From Candidatus Moraniibacteriota bacterium (lineage in GTDB: Bacteria > Patescibacteriota > Minisyncoccia > Moranbacterales > UBA1568), in assembly GCA_963743885.1 (NCBI GenBank), contig CAVURJ010000001.1, positions 204,949 to 268,948 of the forward strand: a DNA stretch of 64,000 nucleotides, in the 5' to 3' direction. The notes under the pieces are model-generated. The model ran no database searches and had not been told where the DNA came from. It was given only the letters and a program-made list of their open reading frames with translations. Made by a program: the position numbers and the translations under genes. Positions 37,677-47,045 of this stretch are shown here, piece after piece. Position 1 is the first letter of the stretch, and the number at the start of each line of letters is the position of its first letter.

Positions 37677-38753
37677 ATGGAAAACAAAATCAACAATCCG
37701 ATATACTATCCGCTGCTTGCCTCCGAGGAGATCAATGGTGGAGTGATGCCAGAGGAGGAATTTCGGAGCGTCTGGAGTGCTTTTGACAAACTACCTGACG
37801 ACAGGAAAAATATCCTGACGAGCGATGCGATGCCGCAGAAGATCAAGCTCGCGCAGCAGACATTTGGTCTCGATGATGGTGTGACGGAGGGTGTGAGCGT
37901 CCTCGTGCGCTGGTTGTTTTTCGGGCAGGTGGACCAGGGCGGATTCCAGCGTGGGCTCCAGTCGGTGCTTTCTGGTTTCAATCCCGGACAAATCGAGCAG
38001 ATACAAAAGTTTGTCCAGACGGGGATCTTGACGGTGAAGCCGCAGATGAAGGCTGTGTCTCATGATGATATATCGGCGGCGCTGGTGACGGAGAGTCTGC
38101 CGCTCCTCCAGGCCATCACCAAGTACGAGAAGCTTTCGCAGCAGGCAATCACAACGGAAAAGATTAAGCTCAAGGCATCGTCAGAGCTGGTACGCCCTTC
38201 GCTCGTCAACTGGATCAAGTGCTATCGCGATGAGCTCGGAGTTGGCTTCCATGATAGTGTGCAGCGTGGCACCTTTCTCTTTCGTTCTGAGAACTGCAAA
38301 CGGCTTACGCCGCCTGAGCGTGAGCGCGTCAACTTGATCCTCAAGTCTATTGAGGAGAGCTATCCGCTTCCAATCGATACGGTCAAATCCGAGGTTTTCT
38401 TTCCGGAATATGCGGCGCTTCGTCCGCAGGCGGAAACCTCGGCCGTGCAGTCTCGAGCGTCTTCTGAGGAAAAGAAAGACAAGAATCCTGCCCTTAGCGA
38501 GTCATACCTTGGAGGCCGACTCAGTATTTTCAAGCCTGTTAGGCAGGAGATTGCCGCTTCTGGGGACGAGAAAGCTATTAGTTTCTCATCAAACCATGTC
38601 TTTCCGGCCGAGAAGGAAAGTATCGCTGTTCCTGAGCCTCCGCAGGCGCCATTGAAACCCAAGCAGCCAACCCCTGCTCCGCGACCGCTTAATCCGTTCC
38701 GTATCAATCCTGTGAGTCAGGTCGATAAGAAGATAGACCGGTATTCCCAATGA
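37677..38753 (+). CDS. Hypothetical protein of the T4SS-like cluster
   Basis: Long ORF in operon context with a Pro-rich C-terminus. Confidence 0.6.
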   Translation: MENKINNPIYYPLLASEEINGGVMPEEEFRSVWSAFDKLPDDRKNILTSDAMPQKIKLAQQTFGLDDGVTEGVSVLVRWLFFGQVDQGGFQRGLQSVLSGFNPGQIEQIQKFVQTGILTVKPQMKAVSHDDISAALVTESLPLLQAITKYEKLSQQAITTEKIKLKASSELVRPSLVNWIKCYRDELGVGFHDSVQRGTFLFRSENCKRLTPPERERVNLILKSIEESYPLPIDTVKSEVFFPEYAALRPQAETSAVQSRASSEEKKDKNPALSESYLGGRLSIFKPVRQEIAASGDEKAISFSSNHVFPAEKESIAVPEPPQAPLKPKQPTPAPRPLNPFRINPVSQVDKKIDRYSQ

Positions 38754-38768
38754 CGTTTTTCGCTCGTT

Positions 38769-39170
38769 ATGATGTTCAGTGTACCCCAATTCATCGATGT
38801 CGAGGACAAGATTGCCGGGCCGCTCACGTGGCGGCAGCTTCTTTGGATGATCGGCATGGGAGCCGTGCTACTCCTCATGTTCAGCGTCTTCGATGCTCAG
38901 CTTTTTTTCGTGATAGCGATACCGGTCGTCATGCTTTTCATCGCTCTCGCTTTTTATCGGCCCAATGGTATTCCGCTCGCGATCTTCATATTCCATTCTA
39001 TTCTGTTCCTTTTTCGTCCGAAGATAGCCGTATGGGAACGTCCGGTGCGTGTCCAGGCGATACCGAAAAAAGAGACGGCTGCCCCGGTCGTTCCAGTCGT
39101 TAGACAGCAGCCGCTGACTCAGGAGAGACTCTCGGAGTTGGCACGGATGGTGGATAGGCATAGCAAATGA
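38769..39170 (+). CDS. PrgI family protein
   Basis: FSVPQFIDVEDKIAGPLTWRQ followed by two TMs. Confidence 0.85.
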   Translation: MMFSVPQFIDVEDKIAGPLTWRQLLWMIGMGAVLLLMFSVFDAQLFFVIAIPVVMLFIALAFYRPNGIPLAIFIFHSILFLFRPKIAVWERPVRVQAIPKKETAAPVVPVVRQQPLTQERLSELARMVDRHSK

Positions 39171-39206
39171 TGGTAGAATGAATCGTATCGTTTTGGAAAC
39201 TTCGTA

Positions 39207-39887
39207 ATGGAAACGCTCAAAAGGAAAAATGGGTCAAACGGGTCCAGCACTCAGAAATATGTCGATGTTGAGGAAATCCGCGACGGGACTATCGTTTTGA
39301 AGAATGGCGCGCTTCGGGCCGTGTTGCTCGTTTCGTCTGTCAATTTCGATCTCAAGTCGACGCAGGAGCAGGATGCTATCATCGCGCAATATCAGAACTT
39401 CCTGAACTCGGTCGATTTTCCGGTACAGATTGTCGTAAGCTCCCGACGGTTCAATATAGATCCCTATATCGCGCTTCTTGAAGATCAGGAAAAGCAGCAG
39501 GAAAATGAACTTTTGCGTTTTCAGATATCGGAGTACCGCAATTTCGTCAGGAATCTGACTGAAGTATCGAATATCATGTCAAAATTCTTCTATGTCGTCG
39601 TACCGTTTGCTCCTTCCGAGGATCAGAAGAGCGGTCTTCTCGGAAAGCTGACAGGTATTTTCCAGCCGAAGAAGGCTTCGAAGCTGTCCGATATTTCGTT
39701 TGATACGTATCGGAGCCAGCTATTGCAGCGGGTGGACCATGTATCTGCATCGTTGTCTGCTGCCGGACTACGCGTGACGCAGCTCAGCACCGAGGATATC
39801 ATAGAATTGCTTTACAATGCTTACAATCCGTCGCTCTTTACGACGACGGTGGTAAGGAATGTGGAGTCGATGGAGCTCTCGAAGTGA
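39207..39887 (+). CDS. TraC/VirB4-associated protein
   Basis: STQKYVDVEEIRDG..VSSVNFDLKS..EQDAII..FLNS.DFPVQI. Confidence 0.7.
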   Translation: METLKRKNGSNGSSTQKYVDVEEIRDGTIVLKNGALRAVLLVSSVNFDLKSTQEQDAIIAQYQNFLNSVDFPVQIVVSSRRFNIDPYIALLEDQEKQQENELLRFQISEYRNFVRNLTEVSNIMSKFFYVVVPFAPSEDQKSGLLGKLTGIFQPKKASKLSDISFDTYRSQLLQRVDHVSASLSAAGLRVTQLSTEDIIELLYNAYNPSLFTTTVVRNVESMELSK

Positions 39888-39918
39888 GAGTCGGAATAAT
39901 CAGAAATGCAATGAATAC

Positions 39919-41781
39919 ATGTCTTCGGAAATAATCCTTGAAGAAAAGAGCAATACCAAGAAAGTCAGCCCTCATGGGGGCGGTGTTTTTGCTGGTGCTC
40001 GTTCTGCTGGCATGTCTGAAGGCGAGCGTCTTTATGAGCAGGGCATCGCGACAATTCGGGACCTTATCGCGCCGCCTGCCGTCCGCCTGACGCCCAATGT
40101 CATGCAGGTGGGCGATGTCCTTTCCAGGACCTATTTTGTCGTGGCGTATCCGAGGTATCTTTCGACCAATTGGTTCTCGCCGATCATCAATATGGACTTC
40201 GCGATGGATACCGCGCTTTTTATCCATCCGATTGATACGGCGGAGATATTGAAGAATCTCCGGAAATCGGCTACTCAGGTGCAATCGCAGATCCATATCG
40301 AGGCTGAAGATGGGAAGATCCGCGACCCCGTGCTCGAGACAGCGCTCGAGGATATCGAGGGGCTGCGTGATCGTTTGCAGCAGGGGGTCGAGAAATTCTT
40401 CCGTTTCGGTCTTTATATCACGCTGTATGGCGCTGATGATCAGGATTTGAACGAAAGATGTCGTACGGTAGAATCCGTTCTTGAGGCTCAGCTCGTGTAT
40501 GTGAAGCCGGCCGTATTGCGCATGGATCAGGGTTTTGCAGCGACACGCCCGCTTGCGACCGATACGCTTGATGTAGCCAATAATCTCAATACGGAGCCGC
40601 TTTCGACGACGTTTCCGTTTGTCTCATCTGATCTCTCTTCGAATGATGGCATCCTTTATGGCATCAATCGGCACAACAATTCCTTGGTACTCTTCGATCG
40701 TTTCAAGCTGGAGAATGCTAATATGGTGGTCTTCGCGAAGTCTGGTGCAGGTAAGAGCTACACTATCAAGCTTGAGGTGCTCCGTTCCATGATGTTCGGT
40801 ACGAGTGTCATCATCATCGACCCGGAAAACGAGTATAAGCATCTCTGTGAGGCGGTTGGTGGCAGCTTTATGAAGATATCGCTCGATTCCGATGTTCATC
40901 TCAATCCGTTCGATCTTCCTAAGGGTTCTGAAGACGAAGAAAATCTCGGTATTTTCCGCAATACTGTTGCGAATATCGTCGGGTTGCTCCATCTCATGCT
41001 CGGTTCGGTGACGCCTGAGGAAGATTCCATTCTCGACCAGGCGATTCGAGAGACGTATGCTATTCGCGATATTACCGAGACTTCGGACTTTTCTTCTCTT
41101 TCCACGTCTTCATTTCCGACGATGTCCGATTTGTATGCTGTCCTTGAGAATATGGAGGGGGCAGAATCGCTTGCAGCGCGTCTCGAGCGCTATACGGAGG
41201 GTATTTTCGGAGGATTTCTCAATAAGCAGACGAGTATCGATCTCGGCAGCCAGCTTGTCGTCTTCAATATTCGTGATCTGGAGGATGAACTCCGGCCGAT
41301 TGCCATGTATATCGTGCTCCAATTCATCTGGAAGGAGATTCGGGCGAATATGAAGCGTCGGTTGGTCGTGGTCGATGAGGCCTGGATCATGATGCAGCAC
41401 GAGGATGCGGCCGCTTTCCTCTTCGGTATCGCCAAGCGCTGCCGGAAATATTATACCGGTCTGACGACGATCACGCAGGATATCGCTGATTTTATGTCAT
41501 CACGTCATGGCAAACCGATTATCACGAACTCGTCGCTCCAGCTCCTGCTTCGGCAGTCGCCGTCTTCGATTGATCTGATCGCCGAGACGTTCTACCTGAC
41601 CGATCATGAGAAGTTTCTCCTGCTCGAATCGAACGTCGGTGAAGGTATTTTCTTTGCGGGCACCAAGCATGCCGCCATCAAGGTCGTCGCTTCCTATAGT
41701 GAAGATCAGCTCATTACGTCCGATCCGCGTCAGCTGCTCGAGATTGAGGAGGCTAAACGTGAATTAAGTAACGCATCCTGA
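39919..41781 (+). CDS. VirB4-like type IV secretion ATPase
   Basis: AKSGAGKS Walker A, IIIDPENEY, VVDEAW Walker B and RCRKY..GLTTITQD. Confidence 0.9.
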   Translation: MSSEIILEEKSNTKKVSPHGGGVFAGARSAGMSEGERLYEQGIATIRDLIAPPAVRLTPNVMQVGDVLSRTYFVVAYPRYLSTNWFSPIINMDFAMDTALFIHPIDTAEILKNLRKSATQVQSQIHIEAEDGKIRDPVLETALEDIEGLRDRLQQGVEKFFRFGLYITLYGADDQDLNERCRTVESVLEAQLVYVKPAVLRMDQGFAATRPLATDTLDVANNLNTEPLSTTFPFVSSDLSSNDGILYGINRHNNSLVLFDRFKLENANMVVFAKSGAGKSYTIKLEVLRSMMFGTSVIIIDPENEYKHLCEAVGGSFMKISLDSDVHLNPFDLPKGSEDEENLGIFRNTVANIVGLLHLMLGSVTPEEDSILDQAIRETYAIRDITETSDFSSLSTSSFPTMSDLYAVLENMEGAESLAARLERYTEGIFGGFLNKQTSIDLGSQLVVFNIRDLEDELRPIAMYIVLQFIWKEIRANMKRRLVVVDEAWIMMQHEDAAAFLFGIAKRCRKYYTGLTTITQDIADFMSSRHGKPIITNSSLQLLLRQSPSSIDLIAETFYLTDHEKFLLLESNVGEGIFFAGTKHAAIKVVASYSEDQLITSDPRQLLEIEEAKRELSNAS

Positions 41782-41792
41782 CACTTTTACGT

Positions 41793-42491
41793 ATGGTAGT
41801 CCAAGTCATCGCTGCTGCCGGACGAGCTGCTTCTGTCGCTGCGAAAACCGGCTCTAAGGCCGCTAAGCTCAGTGCGCAGGGCGCTAAAGCTGGGACAAAA
41901 GCCGTCCAGTCCGGTGCTAGCGCTGCCAATACAGGCGGACGTTATGCTGTTTCGACCGAACGGACGCCGACTGGTGGCGTAATCAATCGGACGACGGCAA
42001 AGGAAGGGACTTTGAGTAAGGAATTCGAGGAATACGCGCGCCGTCAGCGCGAGATTCGGAAAAAATGGGATAAGGAGAAGCAGAAGTTCTTTCATCAGGA
42101 TGAAGAGAATCAGTCGGGCGGAGCCAGTATGATGGCATATGCGGCACCGTTGGTCATAGCTGGCCTTAAAGACCTGCTTGATTTCGCAGTTATCGGTTCG
42201 TTCCCGGGTATCGGGATGATCGTTACCGGCTGTTTCGGTGCACTGATTGTGTTGCTGCTCGCTGTTACGCCGGGGGCGACGTCGAGGAACCGCGCCTCTT
42301 TTATGGTAGCTGCCGGGCTGACGATGATGGGAGGCTCAATTGTGGAGGGGGTCGCTTTTGGGCTCAATTTCATGCCACTGATGACGATTGCTGTCGTCAG
42401 CATCTATATTCGTGAAAAGAACGGTTCTGCCCATGGAGGAGTGCTGCTCGGCAAGATCAATGATATCCGAAAGAGAACATTACCCGTATGA
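41793..42491 (+). CDS. Hypothetical membrane protein
   Basis: Ala/Lys-rich N-terminus with C-terminal TMs. Confidence 0.6.
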   Translation: MVVQVIAAAGRAASVAAKTGSKAAKLSAQGAKAGTKAVQSGASAANTGGRYAVSTERTPTGGVINRTTAKEGTLSKEFEEYARRQREIRKKWDKEKQKFFHQDEENQSGGASMMAYAAPLVIAGLKDLLDFAVIGSFPGIGMIVTGCFGALIVLLLAVTPGATSRNRASFMVAAGLTMMGGSIVEGVAFGLNFMPLMTIAVVSIYIREKNGSAHGGVLLGKINDIRKRTLPV

Positions 42492-43156
42492 TACCGGCTG
42501 CGACAACATATCATGTAAGTGATCGGAAGCGATTCGTCATTACGGGTCTACTCGTTTCGTTCTCGCTCTGGTTCGTGTTGTTTTTTAAGGAGTCTGAAAC
42601 GCTCAGTATGGCGATTCAGGGCTTTATCGTCTGCGGCATGTTTTTTTTGTTGATTCCGATACTGTATAGTAGAATAATACTCAGGGAGTCCCTAGGAAGC
42701 ATTGGCTGGCAAAGCGGCCGCTCAGTGACGGGTACGATCATTTCGATCGTCGCGATTTCGATCGGCATCGTTTCCATGTCCATGCTTATCAGGTTTTCGC
42801 CATTCGGAGAAGAGTATGCTCTTCCGGGTCTCGCCGCGTCGGATTTCCGATGGTTCATCTTGTACGAAGCGGTGATTGTTCCGGTAGTACTCCTTTTGTA
42901 TGAGACGTTCTTTCGCGGTTTGGTGCAGCTTATGTGGCTCCGTGATTTCCCTGTCATCGGGGTGTTTGCACAGACAGCGATCTTCTACCTCTTCTCTTTT
43001 CTTGTTGGTGGTGTTGTCTGGCAGAATGCACCTCTTCTCATATTCGCACCATTCTCTGGAATTATCGCCTGGAAGTCACAGTCAGTATGGTATTCTTTTG
43101 CAGCAAGCTGGGTATTCTTTTTCATGACAGACGTGCTCGTTCTTGTCTTCGGCTGA
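42488..43156 (+). CDS. CPBP/CAAX-protease-like membrane protein (degenerate motif)
   Basis: Multiple TMs; YETFFRG in place of EE..FRG. Confidence 0.55.
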   Translation: MIPAATTYHVSDRKRFVITGLLVSFSLWFVLFFKESETLSMAIQGFIVCGMFFLLIPILYSRIILRESLGSIGWQSGRSVTGTIISIVAISIGIVSMSMLIRFSPFGEEYALPGLAASDFRWFILYEAVIVPVVLLLYETFFRGLVQLMWLRDFPVIGVFAQTAIFYLFSFLVGGVVWQNAPLLIFAPFSGIIAWKSQSVWYSFAASWVFFFMTDVLVLVFG

Positions 43157-43266
43157 CCGGTTATGGTGTCGGACAGCTGGTTGAGGTCGCGCGCGTATAA
43201 GGCAGTATTAATCTGAAGCTTCAGCGGGATGCCAAGGCAGGCTAGCGGAGGCTTTATCCATCGAGT

Positions 43267-46008
43267 ATGCGTCTATCACAATGCAAAAAAGCGATGTTCG
43301 GCGGGCTGCTCGTCTTGGAGCTGTTTGTCGTGTCGGTGACGCCGGCTTCTGCTGGTCTGTTCGGCGGTGGCGGCGGTGGAGTAAGCTTGCCTTCAGCGCC
43401 TGAGGTGGCTTCGCAACTCGAGCGTCGATACCATCTCAATCTTGGGAGTATCCAGAATCAGGGAGAGATGTTCAATGTGGCTGACAACAAGAAGATGATT
43501 CCTGAAGTCACCCTCTTCTTTACGCCTACTGATCCAAAAGAGGGTCAGAAGCTGACGGCGCAGGCATTTCCGGCGTACTTCGCGTCGGATGAGAAATCCC
43601 TTTATTACACCTGGTATCTGAATCGTGCGGACTGTACAGCTGCTTCATGCGATTATGATGGTGATGGCGATTATGACGGGACGGACTGGAAGATCGAAGC
43701 CGCCCGCATCATCGCTCGTGGCGGATATGATCCAGAAGCGGCGCCGGCCGGCTCTGACGATGACGGATATCGGGCGAAGTTCGGCGGTGATGGAAAGGTT
43801 GGTATGCCGAATCATTGCTATATCCATGAGCCATCCAACGGTGTCAATTATGAGATGACCGATAGGATTTCCGGGTTTTCGACCGCGTGTTCTGGTACGC
43901 TCGCCTGTCTTGTCGGGTCTGGGAATATCAATCCGTCATCGCTTGTGCTCGGTAGCGGAGACGCATTCTCTTTTAGTGATAATGATCAATGCTATGTTGC
44001 CGGATACCCGTCGTGTTCTGGCGGGGCGCTGCATTGCGATACTGGTACGGTGAGCTGTTTGGCGTCGTCTCCGTCGTCATCTGTCATTTCGTGTCCGGGC
44101 AGTCCGGCGCTCGCTGATCTTTCCTGTTCGGTATCCAGCAAGGGATCAGCCAATCCGGTCTGTCGGCATCTTTTTCCGAATGCTCCTGGGCATACGACTG
44201 GGGATGGTGCATTCGGCGCTGCAGAGGAGAATTTTTGGGGGACTGATCCGAATGATCCGAGCACCGCGAATAATGGCAACAAGGATGAAGCGAATGTCTC
44301 TGGACTCGGTAGGACGACATTTTCATGGAATTATGTCGCCGGAGACAAGGTCGGTGTGGCGGTAGAGGGTATTTCCATGGTAGCGACGAAGCATGATGAT
44401 GCTTCATATATGATCATGTGGGCGTTTCCGAAAAAAGATTGTTCAGCACTCAGTCTCGCGGATTCTTCAGGATCATACTATACCAATATCAGGGGGTATT
44501 CCGTAGCCATACCTTCCGTTACTGGCGTGGATATGAATCGGTGTCTCAGCCGAAATCTTGTCGATCCAACAGAATCCGTTTCTAACTCTGATCTCGATGT
44601 ATCCGTTGTTGTTTCTCCGGAGGTCCCGACGAATGATGCGACTGGAGAAAACGGCGGCGATACGGTGACAGCTCAGGCGAGTATCAGCAATAGCAGTCGT
44701 GGCCTGACAGCAACATCGTTCGAGTGGGAGGTTTATGTAAGTAATAACTCGAGGTTCAATGATGGAGGTGCCGGAAACAAGGTGGCGAATGTTACCGATA
44801 CGCTCCGCGCAATGGGATTGTTGAGCAGCACGAAGGGTAATGCGCTTGATGCGGTATCGCTCAGGCTGAATATACCAAAAATCACTTTGCAGGACCCGGG
44901 TATTTTCAATGGTGCGATCCCAGACCCGGTCTATATTAGGTTCAATGTCAAAGCGACCGAAAATGTTTCTGGCACTATCGTGCGTCGCGGCCGCGGGTCG
45001 GCTATGGCGAAATTCACGTCGACAGACAGGAAGATGCAGGTGTATCCGTCGTCAGTCGTCATGGATGCCGGACGTTCCTATGCTGATATCGCTGCTGCTA
45101 CGATTTGTGATGGGGCGGCAGCGGATCCGCTCGATCGACGGCTTTGCCGCGTTATAAAGAATGAAATTATTGGCCTTCGCGTCGTGCCGGATGCTGGCCT
45201 GAGTGATTTTTCATGGACCATTAATGGTGTGCCGTTAAATTGTTCAAAGAGTGTTTCTAATCGGTGTGCCGTGTCTTCTCAGAATCAGTACAATTTCTTT
45301 CCGGTCACTGGAAATCCTGGTGATTCTTATACCGTGACAGTCAATGCGAATGATGTCGTTACTGGAAAACAGGTCACCCTTTCTAGGGCGTTCCATGTTG
45401 TTGATCCGGAAGTAGTAATCGTGTCGAGCGATAAGAGTGTCGTATGGCCGAAGCTTCTCGGTCAGTACCGGGATATCACTGGTGCGGCGGAGGGCTGCCC
45501 GGATGGCCTATGCAATGATTATAGCCAGAATCTATTCCGCGGTCTTGCTGGCGCATCGTTGCCGCTTCGTGCTGAATTCATCCCGTCGTTTATCGGCACG
45601 TTGACGACTCGTGCATGGACGGTCGATAGCGCGCCGATGAAAGAGACCGTTCCTGGCGAGGTGTCTGTGTCTGGAGGCAAGACACCCGGATCAGTCCTGA
45701 ATGTTTCATTGGAAGCGGTTTATGAGCAGTCTTTGGCGGTTCGTAAGGCATTGTATGATATTTGGAATATCTCGCCGCTTGATTCTCCTGAACATCGGTT
45801 TTCCTCGTCTGTACAGATAGAGCTGGAGGATGCTGATTCTGTCGTTGAAAAGTCGGCGCCGAGGAAGTATCTTGCCGCTATTATCTCTTATCTCCCAGCG
45901 TCGGTTATATTCGCTTTCCGGATGGCGCTTGTCGCGGCCCTTGTCCTTTTTGCAGCCGGTTTTCTCTTCGCGCTTGTGCCGGAGAATGGCTCCCGTCGCC
46001 GTGACTGA
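43267..46008 (+). CDS. Large Cys-rich surface protein with signal peptide and C-terminal anchor
   Basis: Signal peptide, DYDGDGDYD and WGTDPNDPST Ca-binding-like motifs, Ig-like beta regions, C-terminal TM. Confidence 0.75.
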   Translation: MRLSQCKKAMFGGLLVLELFVVSVTPASAGLFGGGGGGVSLPSAPEVASQLERRYHLNLGSIQNQGEMFNVADNKKMIPEVTLFFTPTDPKEGQKLTAQAFPAYFASDEKSLYYTWYLNRADCTAASCDYDGDGDYDGTDWKIEAARIIARGGYDPEAAPAGSDDDGYRAKFGGDGKVGMPNHCYIHEPSNGVNYEMTDRISGFSTACSGTLACLVGSGNINPSSLVLGSGDAFSFSDNDQCYVAGYPSCSGGALHCDTGTVSCLASSPSSSVISCPGSPALADLSCSVSSKGSANPVCRHLFPNAPGHTTGDGAFGAAEENFWGTDPNDPSTANNGNKDEANVSGLGRTTFSWNYVAGDKVGVAVEGISMVATKHDDASYMIMWAFPKKDCSALSLADSSGSYYTNIRGYSVAIPSVTGVDMNRCLSRNLVDPTESVSNSDLDVSVVVSPEVPTNDATGENGGDTVTAQASISNSSRGLTATSFEWEVYVSNNSRFNDGGAGNKVANVTDTLRAMGLLSSTKGNALDAVSLRLNIPKITLQDPGIFNGAIPDPVYIRFNVKATENVSGTIVRRGRGSAMAKFTSTDRKMQVYPSSVVMDAGRSYADIAAATICDGAAADPLDRRLCRVIKNEIIGLRVVPDAGLSDFSWTINGVPLNCSKSVSNRCAVSSQNQYNFFPVTGNPGDSYTVTVNANDVVTGKQVTLSRAFHVVDPEVVIVSSDKSVVWPKLLGQYRDITGAAEGCPDGLCNDYSQNLFRGLAGASLPLRAEFIPSFIGTLTTRAWTVDSAPMKETVPGEVSVSGGKTPGSVLNVSLEAVYEQSLAVRKALYDIWNISPLDSPEHRFSSSVQIELEDADSVVEKSAPRKYLAAIISYLPASVIFAFRMALVAALVLFAAGFLFALVPENGSRRRD

Positions 46009-46160
46009 CATCCTTTGTGGATAAAACGAAAAACAGCCCTGACGTATGTCGGGGCTGTTTTTGTATTTGTGTGGGCAGGGAGACCCGCCCGCATGACTCG
46101 CGTCAGCGTGTCGGGCGGGGACTCGCCAGTCAAAGGCTGGGCCGCCTTTGGCGGAAACTC

Positions 46161-46246
46161 TGGTGCCGGGGAGAGGACTTGAACCTCCATGAGATTGCTC
46201 TCGTCAGGTCCTAAACCTGATGCGTCTACCATTTCGCCACCCCGGC
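46161..46246 (-). tRNA. tRNA-Leu(TAG)
   Basis: gccgggg acceptor, anticodon arm tcagg-tttagga-cctga, long variable arm, GTTCAAG, encoded CCA. Confidence 0.95.
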
Positions 46247-46255
46247 GATATGCTT

Positions 46256-46567
46256 TTAAATGATCCGCGCTTTTTCTCCGAAAATACCAATAAGGCGATC
46301 TGTCTCGTCCTTTACTGGTCCCTCATTCTCATATTCTCCGTGATGACGGGTCGTCTCACCGTACGTATGCTTTTTCTGGTCGAGGTGGAGACTGAGATGA
46401 AGTGAGACTTTTTCGATTTTTGCGTAGCAATGGAAACGGGGGTAACCAGCACGTGCGAGCGGGCGGACGAAACTCATTTCATCCCCATCTTTGTGCTGAA
46501 AAGCATATCCGGCCCGCCTGAGAAGCGAGACTGGATTTTCTGTAATGGCTTCGACGAGGATGCGCAT
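46256..46567 (-). CDS. Hypothetical protein
   Basis: 103-aa ORF containing YPRFH..LHLDQK. Confidence 0.65.
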   Translation of the reverse strand: MRILVEAITENPVSLLRRAGYAFQHKDGDEMSFVRPLARAGYPRFHCYAKIEKVSLHLSLHLDQKKHTYGETTRHHGEYENEGPVKDETDRLIGIFGEKARII

Positions 46568-46576
46568 AGGAGTTTA

Positions 46577-46642
46577 TTACCAAGTGTAGTGAGCGAAACG
46601 AGAACTCGCTCTCGTTTCCGAGCGGAGCGCAGGTAAAATCGG
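46577..46642. repeat. ~65-bp structured repeat, copy 3
   Basis: Related to 3940-4004 and 32301-32364. Confidence 0.75.
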
Positions 46643-46758
46643 GTTGAATACCCGTTATAAAGTCTATAAAGTTCCTAAAGTCTTTAAAGTCAAGAAGGAG
46701 CCATAAGGCAATAACTTTGCTTTATGAACTTTATAACTTTTAACTTTATGAACTCGAA

Positions 46759-46778
46759 TGGTCGGAGTGCCGAGAATC
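46759..46778 (-). pseudogene. Relic 3' end of tRNA-Pro (with CCA)
   Basis: tggtcggagtgccgagaatc versus gtcggagtgccgggaatc of the intact gene. Confidence 0.7.
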
Positions 46779-46897
46779 CCCTTCGGGCCGGGGTTTCTCT
46801 GCGAGACAGAGAAACCCTTCTCTTCCCGTCGCAAGCCAAGCCCTGCCTGCCGGTAGGCAAGAGTTGGCTTGCTTCACTTCTCCTTCGCGTTGCTCAG

Positions 46898-46968
46898 TCG
46901 GAGTGCCGGGAATCGAACCCGGGTTACACGCACCCGAAGCGTGCGTAATGCCACTATACCACACTCCG
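46898..46968 (-). tRNA. tRNA-Pro(CGG)
   Basis: cggagtg acceptor, anticodon arm cacgc-ttcgggt-gcgtg, GTTCGATT. Confidence 0.95.
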
Positions 46969-47045
46969 ATTTAGGGATTCTTGATTTAAGAAGAGATGCA
47001 AGCGCATTCATTCATAAATCGTAAATCTAAAATCTTAAATCATCT

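Noticed and set aside
46070-46085. Possible tRNA-Leu 3' relic
   Set aside because: Match too short and degenerate to support
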